Shown: positions 11,701 through 22,445, counted from the first letter of the stretch. The stretch is 64,000 nt of DNA from Puniceicoccaceae bacterium (GCA_040830765.1 JBFOMH010000017.1:256001-320000); one strand, 5' to 3'. Numbers and translations are program-made. The notes: generated by a model from the sequence alone, not told the origin.

Positions 11701-11796
11701 ATTTAATACTATTCGTTGATTTAGCGATAGGTGGTTACAGAGAAATTAGCCAACGGAGGCACTTGCAGAAATCAGATAGGCAGATAGCTTACAATA

Positions 11797-13041
11797 ATGG
11801 CAACGCCAAAGACACTCCCTGCTACTGATATCGAGCGGATTCGTGCTGAATTTCCGATCCTTTCGCGGGAAGTCAACGGGAAGCCACTGGTCTATCTCGA
11901 CAATGCGGCTACGGCACAGAAGCCGCGGGTGATGCTGGAACGCCTGGAGCAGTTTTATGCCGAGGAGAATGCCAATATCCACCGGGGCGTTCATGCCCTG
12001 TCCCAGCGGGCAACCGAGTCTTATGAGGACGCCCGGGGAAGCGTGGCCCGTTTCATCGGGGCGGCGGCAAAGGAGGAAATTGTCTTTACCCGGAACGCGA
12101 CGGAATCGGTCAACCTTCTGGCCACTTCCTTGAGCCATAGTGTATTAGGCAAGGATGACACCGTCCTCATAACGACTATGGAGCACCATGCGAACATAGT
12201 CCCGTGGCAACTTCTGAGGGACCGGATCGGAATCCGGCTCGCCACTGTGGAGGTAGATGAGGACGGTCACCTGGACATTGAGGATTATCACAAAAAGCTG
12301 GTCGACCTCAAGCCCGCCCTGGTCTCCATGGTCCACGTTTCCAACTCGCTCGGCTGGATCAATCCCGCCAGGGAGATGATTGCCGCGGCCCACCGCGAGA
12401 ATATCCCGGTTTTGCTCGATGCCGCCCAATCGATCCCGCACTTTCAGGTGGATGTCCAGGCGCTCGATTGTGACTGGATGGTTTTCAGCGGCCACAAGGT
12501 ATTCGGGCCAAGCGGAACCGGGGTCCTCTTCGGGAAGTCCGAACGACTCGGGGACCTTCCGCCCTACCAGGGTGGGGGGGACATGATTGAATCCGTCAGT
12601 TTTGACAAAACAATCTACAAGGGAATTCCAGAGCGCTTTGAGGCCGGAACGCCCAATATAGCCGGGGCCATTGCCCTCGCCTCGACGCTCGATTACCTGT
12701 CCTCCCTCGACCGGGTGCGGCTCATAGAGCATGAGGACGCCCTGCGGGATGCGGCCACGGAAGGTCTCAAGCAAATTCCCGGACTGCGCATTGTCGGTGA
12801 CGGACCGGACAAGGCCTCGGTAGTTTCCTTCGTCCTTGAGGCAGCCCATCCGCACGACATTGCTTCTTTCCTTGATGCGGACGGGATCGCCATTCGTTCC
12901 GGCCACCACTGTACACAGCCGCTGATGAGCCGACTGGGACTCACGGGTACAGCCCGGGCCAGCTTCGCCTTTTATAACACGCAGGAGGAAGTGGATGCCC
13001 TCGTCAATGGAGTGGCCAAGATCCGTGACTTCTTTGCCTGA
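11797..13041 (+). CDS. sufS: Cysteine desulfurase, SufS (group II) family
   Basis: YLDNAATAQKP, EHHANIVPW, FSGHK (PLP Lys), RSGHHC. Confidence 0.95.
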   Translation: MATPKTLPATDIERIRAEFPILSREVNGKPLVYLDNAATAQKPRVMLERLEQFYAEENANIHRGVHALSQRATESYEDARGSVARFIGAAAKEEIVFTRNATESVNLLATSLSHSVLGKDDTVLITTMEHHANIVPWQLLRDRIGIRLATVEVDEDGHLDIEDYHKKLVDLKPALVSMVHVSNSLGWINPAREMIAAAHRENIPVLLDAAQSIPHFQVDVQALDCDWMVFSGHKVFGPSGTGVLFGKSERLGDLPPYQGGGDMIESVSFDKTIYKGIPERFEAGTPNIAGAIALASTLDYLSSLDRVRLIEHEDALRDAATEGLKQIPGLRIVGDGPDKASVVSFVLEAAHPHDIASFLDADGIAIRSGHHCTQPLMSRLGLTGTARASFAFYNTQEEVDALVNGVAKIRDFFA

Positions 13042-13047
13042 GAAGGG

Positions 13048-14247
13048 TCAGCCCTTCAGGCATTCGGCAATAGCCGAGCAGAGCCGCTGGATGTTGTTGT
13101 CATTGATACCAGCAACATTGATCCGGCCGCTCTTGACGAGGTAAATGCTGTACTCCTCCCTCAGGCGCTGAACGTGTTCAGGCGTGAGGCCGGAGAAGGA
13201 AAACATACCTTTCTGGTCGGCGATAAAGGCAAAATCCCCGGCCCCGGCCTTTGCCAACGCTTCCACGAACTGGGCCCGGACGGAATTGATCCGCAGCCGC
13301 ATGCCCTTGAGCTCTTCTTCCCATTGCAGGCGCAGCTCCAAATCATTGAGGATGGTTGAGACGATCCCGCTGCCGTGGGCAGGTGGATTGGAGTAGTTTG
13401 TCCGGACGAGGATCTTGAGCTGGCTCAGAACCCGGTCGGCTTCCTGCTTGTTCTTGGCCACGACATGCAAGGCACCCACACGGTCCTGATAGAGGCCAAA
13501 ATTCTTGGAGAATGAGGAGCAGACGAGAAACTCCATTCCATATTCGGAAAGCGCTCGAATGGCCACTGCATCATCAACCCAGCCCGTGGCGAAGCCTTGG
13601 TAGGCAAAGTCGACGATCGGCAGCAGGCGCCTTTCCTTGCAGACCTTGGCGATGGTTTCCCATTCCTCTGCGGAGGGGTCTACACCTGTCGGGTTGTGGC
13701 AGCAGGCATGAAAGAGGACAACGTCGTTTTCCGGAATGTCCTCGAGGACCGTGATCATCCCGGCAATATTGAGGCCATGGCTTTCCGGGTCATAATAGGG
13801 ATAGGTAGCTATCTCGAGGTCGGACTTCTGGAAGATTCCCTGGTGGTTGGCCCAGGTTGGGTTGCTGACCCAGATGGTACGCTTGCCAAGGCAGTGGCGG
13901 ACAAAGTCACCGGCCAGTCTCAGGCCGCCGGTACCACCCGGGGTGTGGACGGAAGCGATGCTGCCGGTTTCGATCATTTCATTGCCTTCCCCGAAGACCA
14001 GTTTCTGGGCGTGCCCGAGATAGTCAGGGTGCCCGTTGATGGGGAGGTAACTCTTGCTGTTGGAAGCTGAAGCCAGTCGCTTTTCGGCTTCCCGGACAGA
14101 ATCGAGGACCGGTGAAACGCCGGTGGCATCCTGATAAACCCCAACGGTGAGGTTGATCTTTTCAGGATTGGGATCATTGCGGAAGGACTCCGACAGCCCA
14201 AGAATGGGATCGGGAGGGGCAGCACTAACCTGTTCGAATAGATTCAT
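13048..14247 (-). CDS. aspC: Aspartate/aromatic amino acid aminotransferase (class I alpha)
   Basis: PPDPILGL, HACCHNPTG, DFAYQGF, SFSKNFGLY, GRINVAG. Confidence 0.92.
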   Translation of the reverse strand: MNLFEQVSAAPPDPILGLSESFRNDPNPEKINLTVGVYQDATGVSPVLDSVREAEKRLASASNSKSYLPINGHPDYLGHAQKLVFGEGNEMIETGSIASVHTPGGTGGLRLAGDFVRHCLGKRTIWVSNPTWANHQGIFQKSDLEIATYPYYDPESHGLNIAGMITVLEDIPENDVVLFHACCHNPTGVDPSAEEWETIAKVCKERRLLPIVDFAYQGFATGWVDDAVAIRALSEYGMEFLVCSSFSKNFGLYQDRVGALHVVAKNKQEADRVLSQLKILVRTNYSNPPAHGSGIVSTILNDLELRLQWEEELKGMRLRINSVRAQFVEALAKAGAGDFAFIADQKGMFSFSGLTPEHVQRLREEYSIYLVKSGRINVAGINDNNIQRLCSAIAECLKG

Positions 14248-14364
14248 CCCCGCCTATGAAGTGCATGGTCCCCCGAACATCAAGGAAGGATTTTACCGAA
14301 AGAGGATTTTTTTTGATTTCGCCATTGATTTTGGGGACCGCAGGAGCACCTTTTGAACTGGATC

Positions 14365-15348
14365 ATGAAGTTGCAGCGTATTTTCCTCCTCATTGTTTTG
14401 GGACCCTGTCTGGGGATGGCTATCCTGCACGGAAACCAACCCGCCGACCGCATTGAGACAGCGGATGGGGCCATCCTTACCGGACGGATTGAGGACATTT
14501 CGGAAACCCATATCCAGATCTCCACAACCTATGCCGGAACGCTTGTCGTCGATCGGGCAGAGGTTTTGCGCTATCATCAGGCTGGACATGAAGCCCTTCC
14601 CGACGAGGCCAAGACTGTCCAAAAGGAGAAACAGAAGTCTGTTCCGGTTGCGCGGGCTCCCAAGAAACCGAAGCCGGTTCCAGAGGACCCACGCCTTTGG
14701 AAATTTGAGGCCGGGCTGAACTTTATCGGCAACCAGGGCAATACGGACAAGCTCGACCTGACGATCACCGCGGATGCCGAGATGGATCGTGACTACGACC
14801 GGCTGGACATTTATGGCCGTTATTCCTACGGCGAGAACAAGGGAAAGCTTTCCGCAAATGAAATTGTCCTTGGAAGCCAGTACACGAATTTCTTCCGGGA
14901 AGATGTCGGGTTCTTCCTCCGGGGTGAATTGGAGCATGATGACCGGGAGGGGATTCTCATTCGTAGCACCTCCGCCTCCGGTATCTCCTGGAAGGTAAAG
15001 GATGAAAAGGACCTCACCGTCGAAACCCGATCCGGAATCAGCTACCGTTTTGAGGATTTCAAGGACGATGGGTCAGCGGACTATCCCGGAATGGACTTCG
15101 GCCTTGATCTGAACTGGCGCTTCGTCGAGTGGGCACGTCTCAAGGCCTCCTACACCTATCTGCCCTCAGTGGCTGACTTTGGCGATTACATCATCCGGCA
15201 GGATACAGGCTTCAATCTGCCCCTTGACTATTCCGAGCTCTGGGAATTGCGCCTGGGCGTGGTTAGTAAATACAACAACCAGCCCGATGAAGGCCGCGAA
15301 AGGCTCGATCACCGCTACTATGCGCGCCTGATTGCTTCCTGGGAATGA
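14365..15348 (+). CDS. DUF481/YdiY-like outer-membrane beta-barrel protein with small N-terminal domain
   Basis: Signal peptide; GNTD motif, alternating beta-strand pattern, YNNQP, aromatic near the C-terminus. Confidence 0.75.
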   Translation: MKLQRIFLLIVLGPCLGMAILHGNQPADRIETADGAILTGRIEDISETHIQISTTYAGTLVVDRAEVLRYHQAGHEALPDEAKTVQKEKQKSVPVARAPKKPKPVPEDPRLWKFEAGLNFIGNQGNTDKLDLTITADAEMDRDYDRLDIYGRYSYGENKGKLSANEIVLGSQYTNFFREDVGFFLRGELEHDDREGILIRSTSASGISWKVKDEKDLTVETRSGISYRFEDFKDDGSADYPGMDFGLDLNWRFVEWARLKASYTYLPSVADFGDYIIRQDTGFNLPLDYSELWELRLGVVSKYNNQPDEGRERLDHRYYARLIASWE

Positions 15349-15456
15349 GGTATTGCCAGGTTGGGCTTCCCGATGCTTCTGGCGCAGAGGCATTTATAAT
15401 TCCCGTCAGCCTTGACCATGGATTGATATGTGCTCAGTTTTAAACTGAAACAAGTT

Positions 15457-17094
15457 ATGAAGGAAGAGGGCTTTATTCTGGATGCCGGGTATGATGCGTT
15501 AAATCAATCACCGGAGTTGGAGCAACATTTGGCTGCCTTGCTGGTCAAGTCACTGAGCAAGTCCCCGTTCCACAAGCACTTTGTCGATCTCACCGCCGAG
15601 CGGAAGGAAATGACCAGCGGCATGATGCTTGCCGTTGCCCTGACCATGTCCCGCCGCTGGAAGGAAACGATTCCCGATGAGCGGGTAGGGGTGGTATTTC
15701 CTTCCGGCCTTGGAGGCGTGCTGACCAACCTTGCCCTGGTCCTCATCGGGAAGATCCCGGTCAATTTGAACTTTAGTGCCGGAACCAGTTCCATCGAACA
15801 GGCGATGGAAATCGGCGAGGTCCGCACGATCATTTCGGCCAGTCCCATTCGCAAGAAATTCCCCGATTTCCCTTGGCCGGAAAATACCATCGACCTCATT
15901 CGCGAGCGGGCCCATTTCAAGAAGAAGGACATTCTCTTCAATCTGCTCCGGGTCATTCTTTATCCCTCAAGTATGCTCATCAAGCGTTTTGGGATTCCCA
16001 CGCAAGGAGGTGACAAGGAATGCGGCCTTCTTTTTTCCAGTGGTAGCACGGGTGTCCCGAAGGGGATCCCCCTGACACACCGAAACATCATCGCCAACTG
16101 CATGCAGATCAGCAGCTGCCACTTGCTGGACAAAACACAGAAACTTTTGGCCTGCCTGCCCATCTTCCACAGTTTTGGATTCACTGGAACAATGTGGTAC
16201 CCGCTCCTTTCCGGTTTGCCATGCGTGACCTTACCATCCCCTCTGGAAACAAGGAAGATTGCTGAAACCATTCATGCGGAAAAGGCAACCGTCCTGATGG
16301 GAACACCGACTTTCTTCCGCCCCTATTTCAAGCGGGCCACGAAAGAGCAGTTGGCTTCCCTGAATTACGTCGTTGCAGGCGCCGAAAAGACACCTCCCGG
16401 GTTTGGTGAACGATGGGAGGAGGAATTTGGCAGTATTTATCTTCAGGGATATGGACTGACTGAGACAACTCCGGTTGCCAGTGCCAACCTGCCCGGTTAC
16501 AAGAATGTCCCCCCACAAATAAAGGCTGGTTCAGTGGGCCGCTTGATGAAGGGAATGAAGGCGCGGATCGTCGACCCGTCCACTGGAGCGGTCCTGCCCC
16601 AGAACAAGCAGGGCATTCTCGATTTGAAGGGTGCAAATGTCTTTGGTGGTTACCTGAAGAATCCCGAAGCCAATGAAGCGGCATTTGCCGATGGTTGGTT
16701 CCGCACCGGGGACCTTGCCCGGATCGACCTGGAGAATTACCTTTTCATCGAAGGGCGGCTCAGTCGATTTTCCAAACTGGGTGGGGAGATGGTTCCTCAT
16801 GGCCGGGTGGAGCAGGTTATTGCCGAAAGTTTCCAACTGGATGATTCCGAGGAGCCGCTGGTCGCGGTGACCGGTATTTCCGATGAGGTAAAAGGGGAGG
16901 CCCTTGTGCTCCTGACGGCCGTGGATATCAAGTCAGACGACTTGCGTAAGCGTCTCCTTGAGGCTGGCATTCCCAACCTGTGGATTCCGCGGATCATTCT
17001 CCGGGTGGACGACATTCCCCACCTCGCTTCCGGCAAACTCGACTTGCAGGGGCTCAATACGTTGGCCCTGAAGAAGTTTCAGGAATCCTCCTGA
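15457..17094 (+). CDS. AMP-binding acyl-ACP synthetase (stand-alone Aas C-terminal-like domain)
   Basis: FSSGSTGVPKG, GYGLTETTP, WFRTGD, GRLSRFSKLGGEMVP, SGKLD. Confidence 0.88.
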   Translation: MKEEGFILDAGYDALNQSPELEQHLAALLVKSLSKSPFHKHFVDLTAERKEMTSGMMLAVALTMSRRWKETIPDERVGVVFPSGLGGVLTNLALVLIGKIPVNLNFSAGTSSIEQAMEIGEVRTIISASPIRKKFPDFPWPENTIDLIRERAHFKKKDILFNLLRVILYPSSMLIKRFGIPTQGGDKECGLLFSSGSTGVPKGIPLTHRNIIANCMQISSCHLLDKTQKLLACLPIFHSFGFTGTMWYPLLSGLPCVTLPSPLETRKIAETIHAEKATVLMGTPTFFRPYFKRATKEQLASLNYVVAGAEKTPPGFGERWEEEFGSIYLQGYGLTETTPVASANLPGYKNVPPQIKAGSVGRLMKGMKARIVDPSTGAVLPQNKQGILDLKGANVFGGYLKNPEANEAAFADGWFRTGDLARIDLENYLFIEGRLSRFSKLGGEMVPHGRVEQVIAESFQLDDSEEPLVAVTGISDEVKGEALVLLTAVDIKSDDLRKRLLEAGIPNLWIPRIILRVDDIPHLASGKLDLQGLNTLALKKFQESS

Positions 17095-17885
17095 CTTCTC
17101 TGGCGAACCGCCTCAAACAGGGCGACTGCGGTTGCCGCGGCCACATTCAAGCTGTCGGTTACGCCCGCCATGGGCAACTTGTAGGTTGTATTCCCTTTTA
17201 GCCAGTCCTCGCTGAGTCCGTCATCCTCAGTTCCGAGGACAATGGCTACCGGCTTATGGAGAGGGGCGTCCCAGAGGAGGGCGTCTCCGGAAGGTGAAGT
17301 CGGCACCGGACGGATGTTCCTTTCCTCGAGAAACAGGGTCAGGCTGGTGTTGTCGGTCGTGCAAAACGGAACCTGGAAAAAGGCTCCCTGCGAGGCGCGG
17401 ATGGTGTTCGGATTGCACGGATCCGTCACCGCCTCGGTCAGGATAATGGCCTCCGCACCGGCAGCATTGGCTGTCCGGAAGATGGCACCCAGGTTGCCAG
17501 GCTTCTCCAGCCCTTCGAGAACAATAAGGAGGGGGTTGTCCGACAGTTGAAGCTCTTCCAGCTTCCAGGACTTTTGGTGGGCTACAGCCAACAAGCCATC
17601 CGGTCCCTGACGGAAGGCGGCTTTTGTGAACGGGCCCTCCGCCAACTGCACGATTTCGGTGCCTGACTCCTCAGCTTTGTGGAGCAAGTCAAATGAATCC
17701 GGATGCTTGAAAAGGGCGTCGCAGAAGAAAATCGTCTCCAAGGGCCAGTCGCAGCTCATGGCCCGTTCGATCTCCCGGTAGCCTTCCACGAGGAATCGCT
17801 GCTGGCGGCGGCGATGGCTGCCGTCACGCAGGCGGACAAGGTTTTTTACCCGGGGATTCTGGGCGCTGGTTATCTGCTCCGGCAT
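17079..17885 (-). CDS. TrmH/SpoU family RNA methyltransferase
   Basis: ITSAQNPRVK, EKPGNLGAIFRTA, LGTEDDGL, DSLNVA. Confidence 0.93.
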   Translation of the reverse strand: MPEQITSAQNPRVKNLVRLRDGSHRRRQQRFLVEGYREIERAMSCDWPLETIFFCDALFKHPDSFDLLHKAEESGTEIVQLAEGPFTKAAFRQGPDGLLAVAHQKSWKLEELQLSDNPLLIVLEGLEKPGNLGAIFRTANAAGAEAIILTEAVTDPCNPNTIRASQGAFFQVPFCTTDNTSLTLFLEERNIRPVPTSPSGDALLWDAPLHKPVAIVLGTEDDGLSEDWLKGNTTYKLPMAGVTDSLNVAAATAVALFEAVRQRSQEDS

Positions 17886-17983
17886 GGCTTGATGATGGTA
17901 AGTTCGGGGATTCACGAAGGCATGACGAGCAAATTTGCGGCTTGTACCAGCGGCCTAGCTCTTCTTCCTATGGGACTGAGTGC

Positions 17984-19204
17984 ATGAAGAAGCCACCGAG
18001 AAACTTTAATCCGGAACCCTTTGCCTACCACGAGGAGGTTGAGGTGACCATTGAGGACCTGACAAACCTCGGGCAGGGCGTCGGGCGGATTGACGGCTGG
18101 GTTGTGTTCATTCCCTTTGCTTTGCCGGGCGAGCGTGTCAGGGCGCGGATCTGGCGCAACAAGAAGGCCTACTCCGAAGCCGACCTGATCGAGGTGCTGA
18201 GCCCCTCGGAGGACCGTGTCGATCCGGTTTGCCCGCTATTCCGGACCTGTGGGGGCTGCCAGTATCAGCATTATGCCTACACGGCACAACTGGAGTGGAA
18301 GCGGCGCCAGATTGAAGACCTGTTGAAAAAAATGGCCGGCCTCAGTCATGCCGTGAATCCCACCCTCGGCTGCACGGACCACACGTATCACTATAGATCC
18401 AAGATTACCCCGCACTTCCGTAGACCGCCGACGGAACCCGATACCCCCATCGGATTCCAGAAAGCGGACAGCCGGGCTGTTGTCGATGTGCCTTCCTGCC
18501 CGATCGCCAGCCTATCCATCAATCAGCGATTGGCATCGGCGCGGGAAGAGCTCCGAGCAGGCAAGGTTACCTACAAGAAAGGAGGGACTCTCCTCCTGCG
18601 GGATTCCTGTGAGGGTGTGATTACCGATATGAAGGCTCTGGCGGAGGAGAAAGTGGGGCCCTATGCCTTTCAATTTGTCGCCGGGGAATTCTTCCAGAAT
18701 AATCCCCACGTCTTGCCAAGGATGGTTGACTACGCCCTTGACCGGGCAGCTGCCCCTGGGATTGAGAATCTCGTCGATGCCTATTGTGGGGTAGGGGTCT
18801 TTGGCATTTGCGGGCATGACCGCTTCGAGGCAGTTGCCGGCATTGAAGTGAGCGAGAGGGCCGTCGAGCTGGCCCGCGGCAATGCAGCCAGGAACAAGGT
18901 CGGGAATGTCCGTTTCATGCTCGGCAAAGCCGATGCCATTTTCGATGGACTCTCCTTTCCGCCCGGGAAAACGACCGTCTTGATGGACCCGCCACGCAAG
19001 GGGAGCGATCCCGCCTTTCTTCAGCAGCTACTTCAGTTTGGACCAGCCCGGGTGGTATATGTCAGTTGCGGACCGGATACACAGGCACGGGACATCACGG
19101 CCTTGCTCGATGGACCTTACAAGGTGGTTGATATTCAGCCGGTGGATCTGTTCCCCCAGACGCGCCACATTGAGAACATCATCACCCTCGAACGAAAAGA
19201 GTGA
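17984..19204 (+). CDS. TRAM-domain m5U RNA methyltransferase (RlmD/TrmA family)
   Basis: TRAM N-terminus, CPLFRTCGGC Fe-S motif, FFQNN, DPPRKG, YVSC, DLFPQTRHIE. Confidence 0.92.
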   Translation: MKKPPRNFNPEPFAYHEEVEVTIEDLTNLGQGVGRIDGWVVFIPFALPGERVRARIWRNKKAYSEADLIEVLSPSEDRVDPVCPLFRTCGGCQYQHYAYTAQLEWKRRQIEDLLKKMAGLSHAVNPTLGCTDHTYHYRSKITPHFRRPPTEPDTPIGFQKADSRAVVDVPSCPIASLSINQRLASAREELRAGKVTYKKGGTLLLRDSCEGVITDMKALAEEKVGPYAFQFVAGEFFQNNPHVLPRMVDYALDRAAAPGIENLVDAYCGVGVFGICGHDRFEAVAGIEVSERAVELARGNAARNKVGNVRFMLGKADAIFDGLSFPPGKTTVLMDPPRKGSDPAFLQQLLQFGPARVVYVSCGPDTQARDITALLDGPYKVVDIQPVDLFPQTRHIENIITLERKE

Positions 19205-19205
19205 C

Positions 19206-19919
19206 TCAGCGGCGCTCGTTCCACTCCCTTGAGGCAAAGCGCTCTTGCTCTCTTTGAATGATTTCCCCGGGAAGTGAACCACCGGATTGCACCGGTTCCA
19301 GATCGAGCCACTTGGCGAGGAATCGTTCGAAGTCGGCCATGAAGGATTCAGCGGAAATGGCACCGAGCCTGTCCTTGTCGAGGCTTCCCTGGACCAGGAT
19401 CCCGGATTGGCTGCGTTTCATCGCAGCCCCTGCTATCTTGCTGCCTGTGCCGGCTTGAATCACATCGTAAGGCTCTGCGGAAGGAAAGCAGAAGGAATTG
19501 GCCGATTGGGCCGACTCCTCCCCGCAGGCACGCCCACAGGGGGCCAATTCAGCCGCGATACCCCTGTTTATGAGGATTTCGGCGATGCCCTGATGCAGCT
19601 CCCGGTAAATCTCCAGCGCTTGCTTCCTGTAGAATCCGTGGTCCGGTGGCAGCGTGAGGGCGTAAGTCAGATCATTCCTGTGATCCACAATACCTCCACC
19701 CGTCAAGCGCCTGACGAGGGAACCCTTGAATCCCTGAACCATGGCTTGGACATCACGCCACTTCTGGCTGTAGCCAAAAGTCATGGAATCTTCCTTCCAT
19801 CCATAGAATCGCCACCAGACCTGGTGGTTCTTTCGTCCGAATTCCAGCATGGCAGCATCCATGGCCATGTTGTCCGCTGCAGCCGCTTCAAGATAATCGA
19901 TGTGGCAGATTTGTATCAC
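19206..19919 (-). CDS. Lipoate-protein ligase A / LipM-like octanoyltransferase family protein
   Basis: NMAMD, VRRLTGGGIVDH, LTY, KIAGAA, QGSL. Confidence 0.88.
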   Translation of the reverse strand: MIQICHIDYLEAAAADNMAMDAAMLEFGRKNHQVWWRFYGWKEDSMTFGYSQKWRDVQAMVQGFKGSLVRRLTGGGIVDHRNDLTYALTLPPDHGFYRKQALEIYRELHQGIAEILINRGIAAELAPCGRACGEESAQSANSFCFPSAEPYDVIQAGTGSKIAGAAMKRSQSGILVQGSLDKDRLGAISAESFMADFERFLAKWLDLEPVQSGGSLPGEIIQREQERFASREWNERR

Positions 19920-19968
19920 CCGGTGTTGATATTCGCTTGGAATTCATTAAACCGACAACCTTTAATTA

Positions 19969-21060
19969 ATGAAGTATTCCGACCTGACGCGTCAGCAGAT
20001 CCTGTCCCTTCCTGTCTATCAACCCGGCAAGCCGATTGAATTGGTGGCCCGGGAAATGGGACTGCCGCTGGACTCCATCATCAAGCTTGCATCCAACGAA
20101 AACCCACTTGGCTCGCCGGCTTGTGCGGTCGAGGCGGTTCGCACTGCTGCGGAAAACATGGCCCTGTACCCGGATAACTCTGGGTATGCCCTGGTCGATG
20201 CCCTTGCGGATAAACACGGGTTTTCTCCCGGGCAGATAACGCTCGGGGCTGGATCCAATGAGATTTTTTATCTCCTCTGTGATGTCTTTGCAGGACCGGG
20301 CACAGAGGTGCTTGTTGGTGAGTACGCGTTCATTTCCTATCGCATTTCCGCATTACTGACCGGAGCCAAGGTCGTTGCTGCCCCCATGCCGGGGCTTTGT
20401 CATGACCTGGACGCCATGCGGGACGCCGTCACGGACAAAACACGGTTGGTCTTTCTGCCCAATCCCAACAATCCCACTGGAACCGGGTTGCCGGTCAAGG
20501 AGGTGGAGGCGTTTGCCCGGTCCCTGCCGGAGTGGGTCATTTTTTGCTATGATGAAGCCTATGCCGAATACGAAGATGAGCGCCTCGATGTGCAGGGCCT
20601 AATCGACGACGGGATCAAGGTTATCGGAACCCGCACTTTCTCCAAGATTTACGGCCTGGCCGGTCTCCGGATCGGGTATGGATTTTCCCATCCGGACCTT
20701 GCCGAACTCTTGAACCGCGTGCGGCCACCGTTCAATACAGGCACGCTTTCGCAAGTTGCGGCGGTCGCCGCACTCGGAGACGACGCATGGGTCGAGAGAA
20801 GTCGCGCCTCTAATGAACAAGGTCGCACGCAGCTGACAGAAGGACTCCGGGATTTGGGAGTGGAAACTGCTGGCGACCGGGGCAATTTTATCCTCTTTGC
20901 GTTGGAGAACGCCGGGGCGGCTACCCACAAATTCCAGGAATTGGGCGTTATCGTCCGGCCCCTTGCCGGTTACGGCTTGCCGCGGCATCTGCGGGTGACC
21001 ATCGGCACAGAGGAGGAGAATCAACAATTCCTGGAGGCATTACAGAAAGTGGTTTCCTGA
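19969..21060 (+). CDS. hisC: Histidinol-phosphate aminotransferase
   Basis: YQPGKP, KLASNENP, NPNNPTG, DEAY, RTFSKIYGLAGLRIG. Confidence 0.95.
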   Translation: MKYSDLTRQQILSLPVYQPGKPIELVAREMGLPLDSIIKLASNENPLGSPACAVEAVRTAAENMALYPDNSGYALVDALADKHGFSPGQITLGAGSNEIFYLLCDVFAGPGTEVLVGEYAFISYRISALLTGAKVVAAPMPGLCHDLDAMRDAVTDKTRLVFLPNPNNPTGTGLPVKEVEAFARSLPEWVIFCYDEAYAEYEDERLDVQGLIDDGIKVIGTRTFSKIYGLAGLRIGYGFSHPDLAELLNRVRPPFNTGTLSQVAAVAALGDDAWVERSRASNEQGRTQLTEGLRDLGVETAGDRGNFILFALENAGAATHKFQELGVIVRPLAGYGLPRHLRVTIGTEEENQQFLEALQKVVS

Positions 21061-21090
21061 ACCGGAAACGAGTGTCATATTGATTAAGCG

Positions 21091-22419
21091 GTGAGCAATT
21101 TACTTTCACAATTTCCCTATCACTTTATTGGCATTGGCCTGACCCTGCTCTGCAACGCCCTGCTTGTTGCCTGCGAATTCAGCCTGATCAAGATCCGGTT
21201 CAGCCACTTCAACACGGAGTTGCGGGAACGTGTCGACCGCCACAAGCGATTGGCCCGCCTCATTGCATCCGGAGATCGGACGATTCGTGTCATCCGGCTT
21301 GGGCTGACCGCCTGCCTGCTCCTTTACGCCTTGTTAGTGTTTCCTTTCCTGATGGCCCTCTTTGGGCTCCTTGAATGGAACTTGTATGGTTTCGGGACAC
21401 CTCTGGCTGCGGCATTGGCCTTTGTCGTCGCCCTTACCCTGCACCATGCCGTTGGGGAGTTGCTTCCCAGGGCTATCGGGCTGGCCTATCCCTTCCAAAG
21501 TCTCCGCTACGGTGCGTTCCTGATTATTCCTCTTGGATGGCTGACCCGTCCCATCCGCATTGTCGTGTTGGGCTTTACCCGGTCGATTTGGCGCATTTGG
21601 CGCAAGGAAGACATGCCGGATCTAAACTCTCTCGATCTGGAGACCCAAATCGAGTTGCTGCGCAAGGAGTCTCCGGAGATGTCCATGGTCGCCCAGTTAA
21701 TCCTCAAGAACACCCTGCTGATGCGGGAGCTTGAAGTTTCGGATGTCCTCCTGCCGCGGAACCAGGTAAAGTTTTTCGATCTCAACCTGCCCCTGGAAGA
21801 GAACCTTGCCATGGCCAAGGAGTCCGGCCACACCCGGTTTCCCCTCTGTTACGGCGATTTGGACCGCTGCCTGGGCCTGGTTCATATCAAGGACCTCTTT
21901 CGTCAGGCGGGCAGCCTTGACGGTCTCGATCTCCGCCGAATCAAGCGCAATATGATTCGGATTGATATCGACGAACCCCTCGAATCTGCCTTGACGAAGC
22001 TATTGGCCCACAGGATGCACATGGCGCTCGTCATTGACGAGTTCCGGGGCACTGAAGGCGTATTGACCCTGGAGAGGATCCTGGAACAAATTGTCGGCGA
22101 AATCCGGGACGAATTTGATGCTGACGAGGAAGTGCTGATCCGGGCAGATGAGAAAACCGATGAGGCGGTCGTTTCCGGCCTGACGCCAATCCATGAGATT
22201 GAGGCCAACTTCGGGGTGGAAATTGAGACCGAGGAAGTATCCACGATCGGGGGCCTCATTACCAGTGAGCTGGGCCGGATCCCGGAAACTGGGGAAAAGG
22301 TCACCGTGGAGGGCCTGCAATTGGAAATCACTGACAGTGATGATACCCGGGTTGTTGAGGTCCGTGTGCGCCAGACCGAAGATTCACCGGACGAAGCAGC
22401 GCCGGATCCTGGGAAGTAG
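21091..22419 (+). CDS. CNNM/hemolysin (TlyC/CorB) family protein: DUF21 + CBS pair + CorC domain
   Basis: ACEFSL, GELLPR, GHTRFP, VIDEFRG, IVGEIRDEFD, TIGG. Confidence 0.9.
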   Translation: MSNLLSQFPYHFIGIGLTLLCNALLVACEFSLIKIRFSHFNTELRERVDRHKRLARLIASGDRTIRVIRLGLTACLLLYALLVFPFLMALFGLLEWNLYGFGTPLAAALAFVVALTLHHAVGELLPRAIGLAYPFQSLRYGAFLIIPLGWLTRPIRIVVLGFTRSIWRIWRKEDMPDLNSLDLETQIELLRKESPEMSMVAQLILKNTLLMRELEVSDVLLPRNQVKFFDLNLPLEENLAMAKESGHTRFPLCYGDLDRCLGLVHIKDLFRQAGSLDGLDLRRIKRNMIRIDIDEPLESALTKLLAHRMHMALVIDEFRGTEGVLTLERILEQIVGEIRDEFDADEEVLIRADEKTDEAVVSGLTPIHEIEANFGVEIETEEVSTIGGLITSELGRIPETGEKVTVEGLQLEITDSDDTRVVEVRVRQTEDSPDEAAPDPGK

Positions 22420-22445
22420 GGGGCTTCCTTATTCGTCAACCGGTC

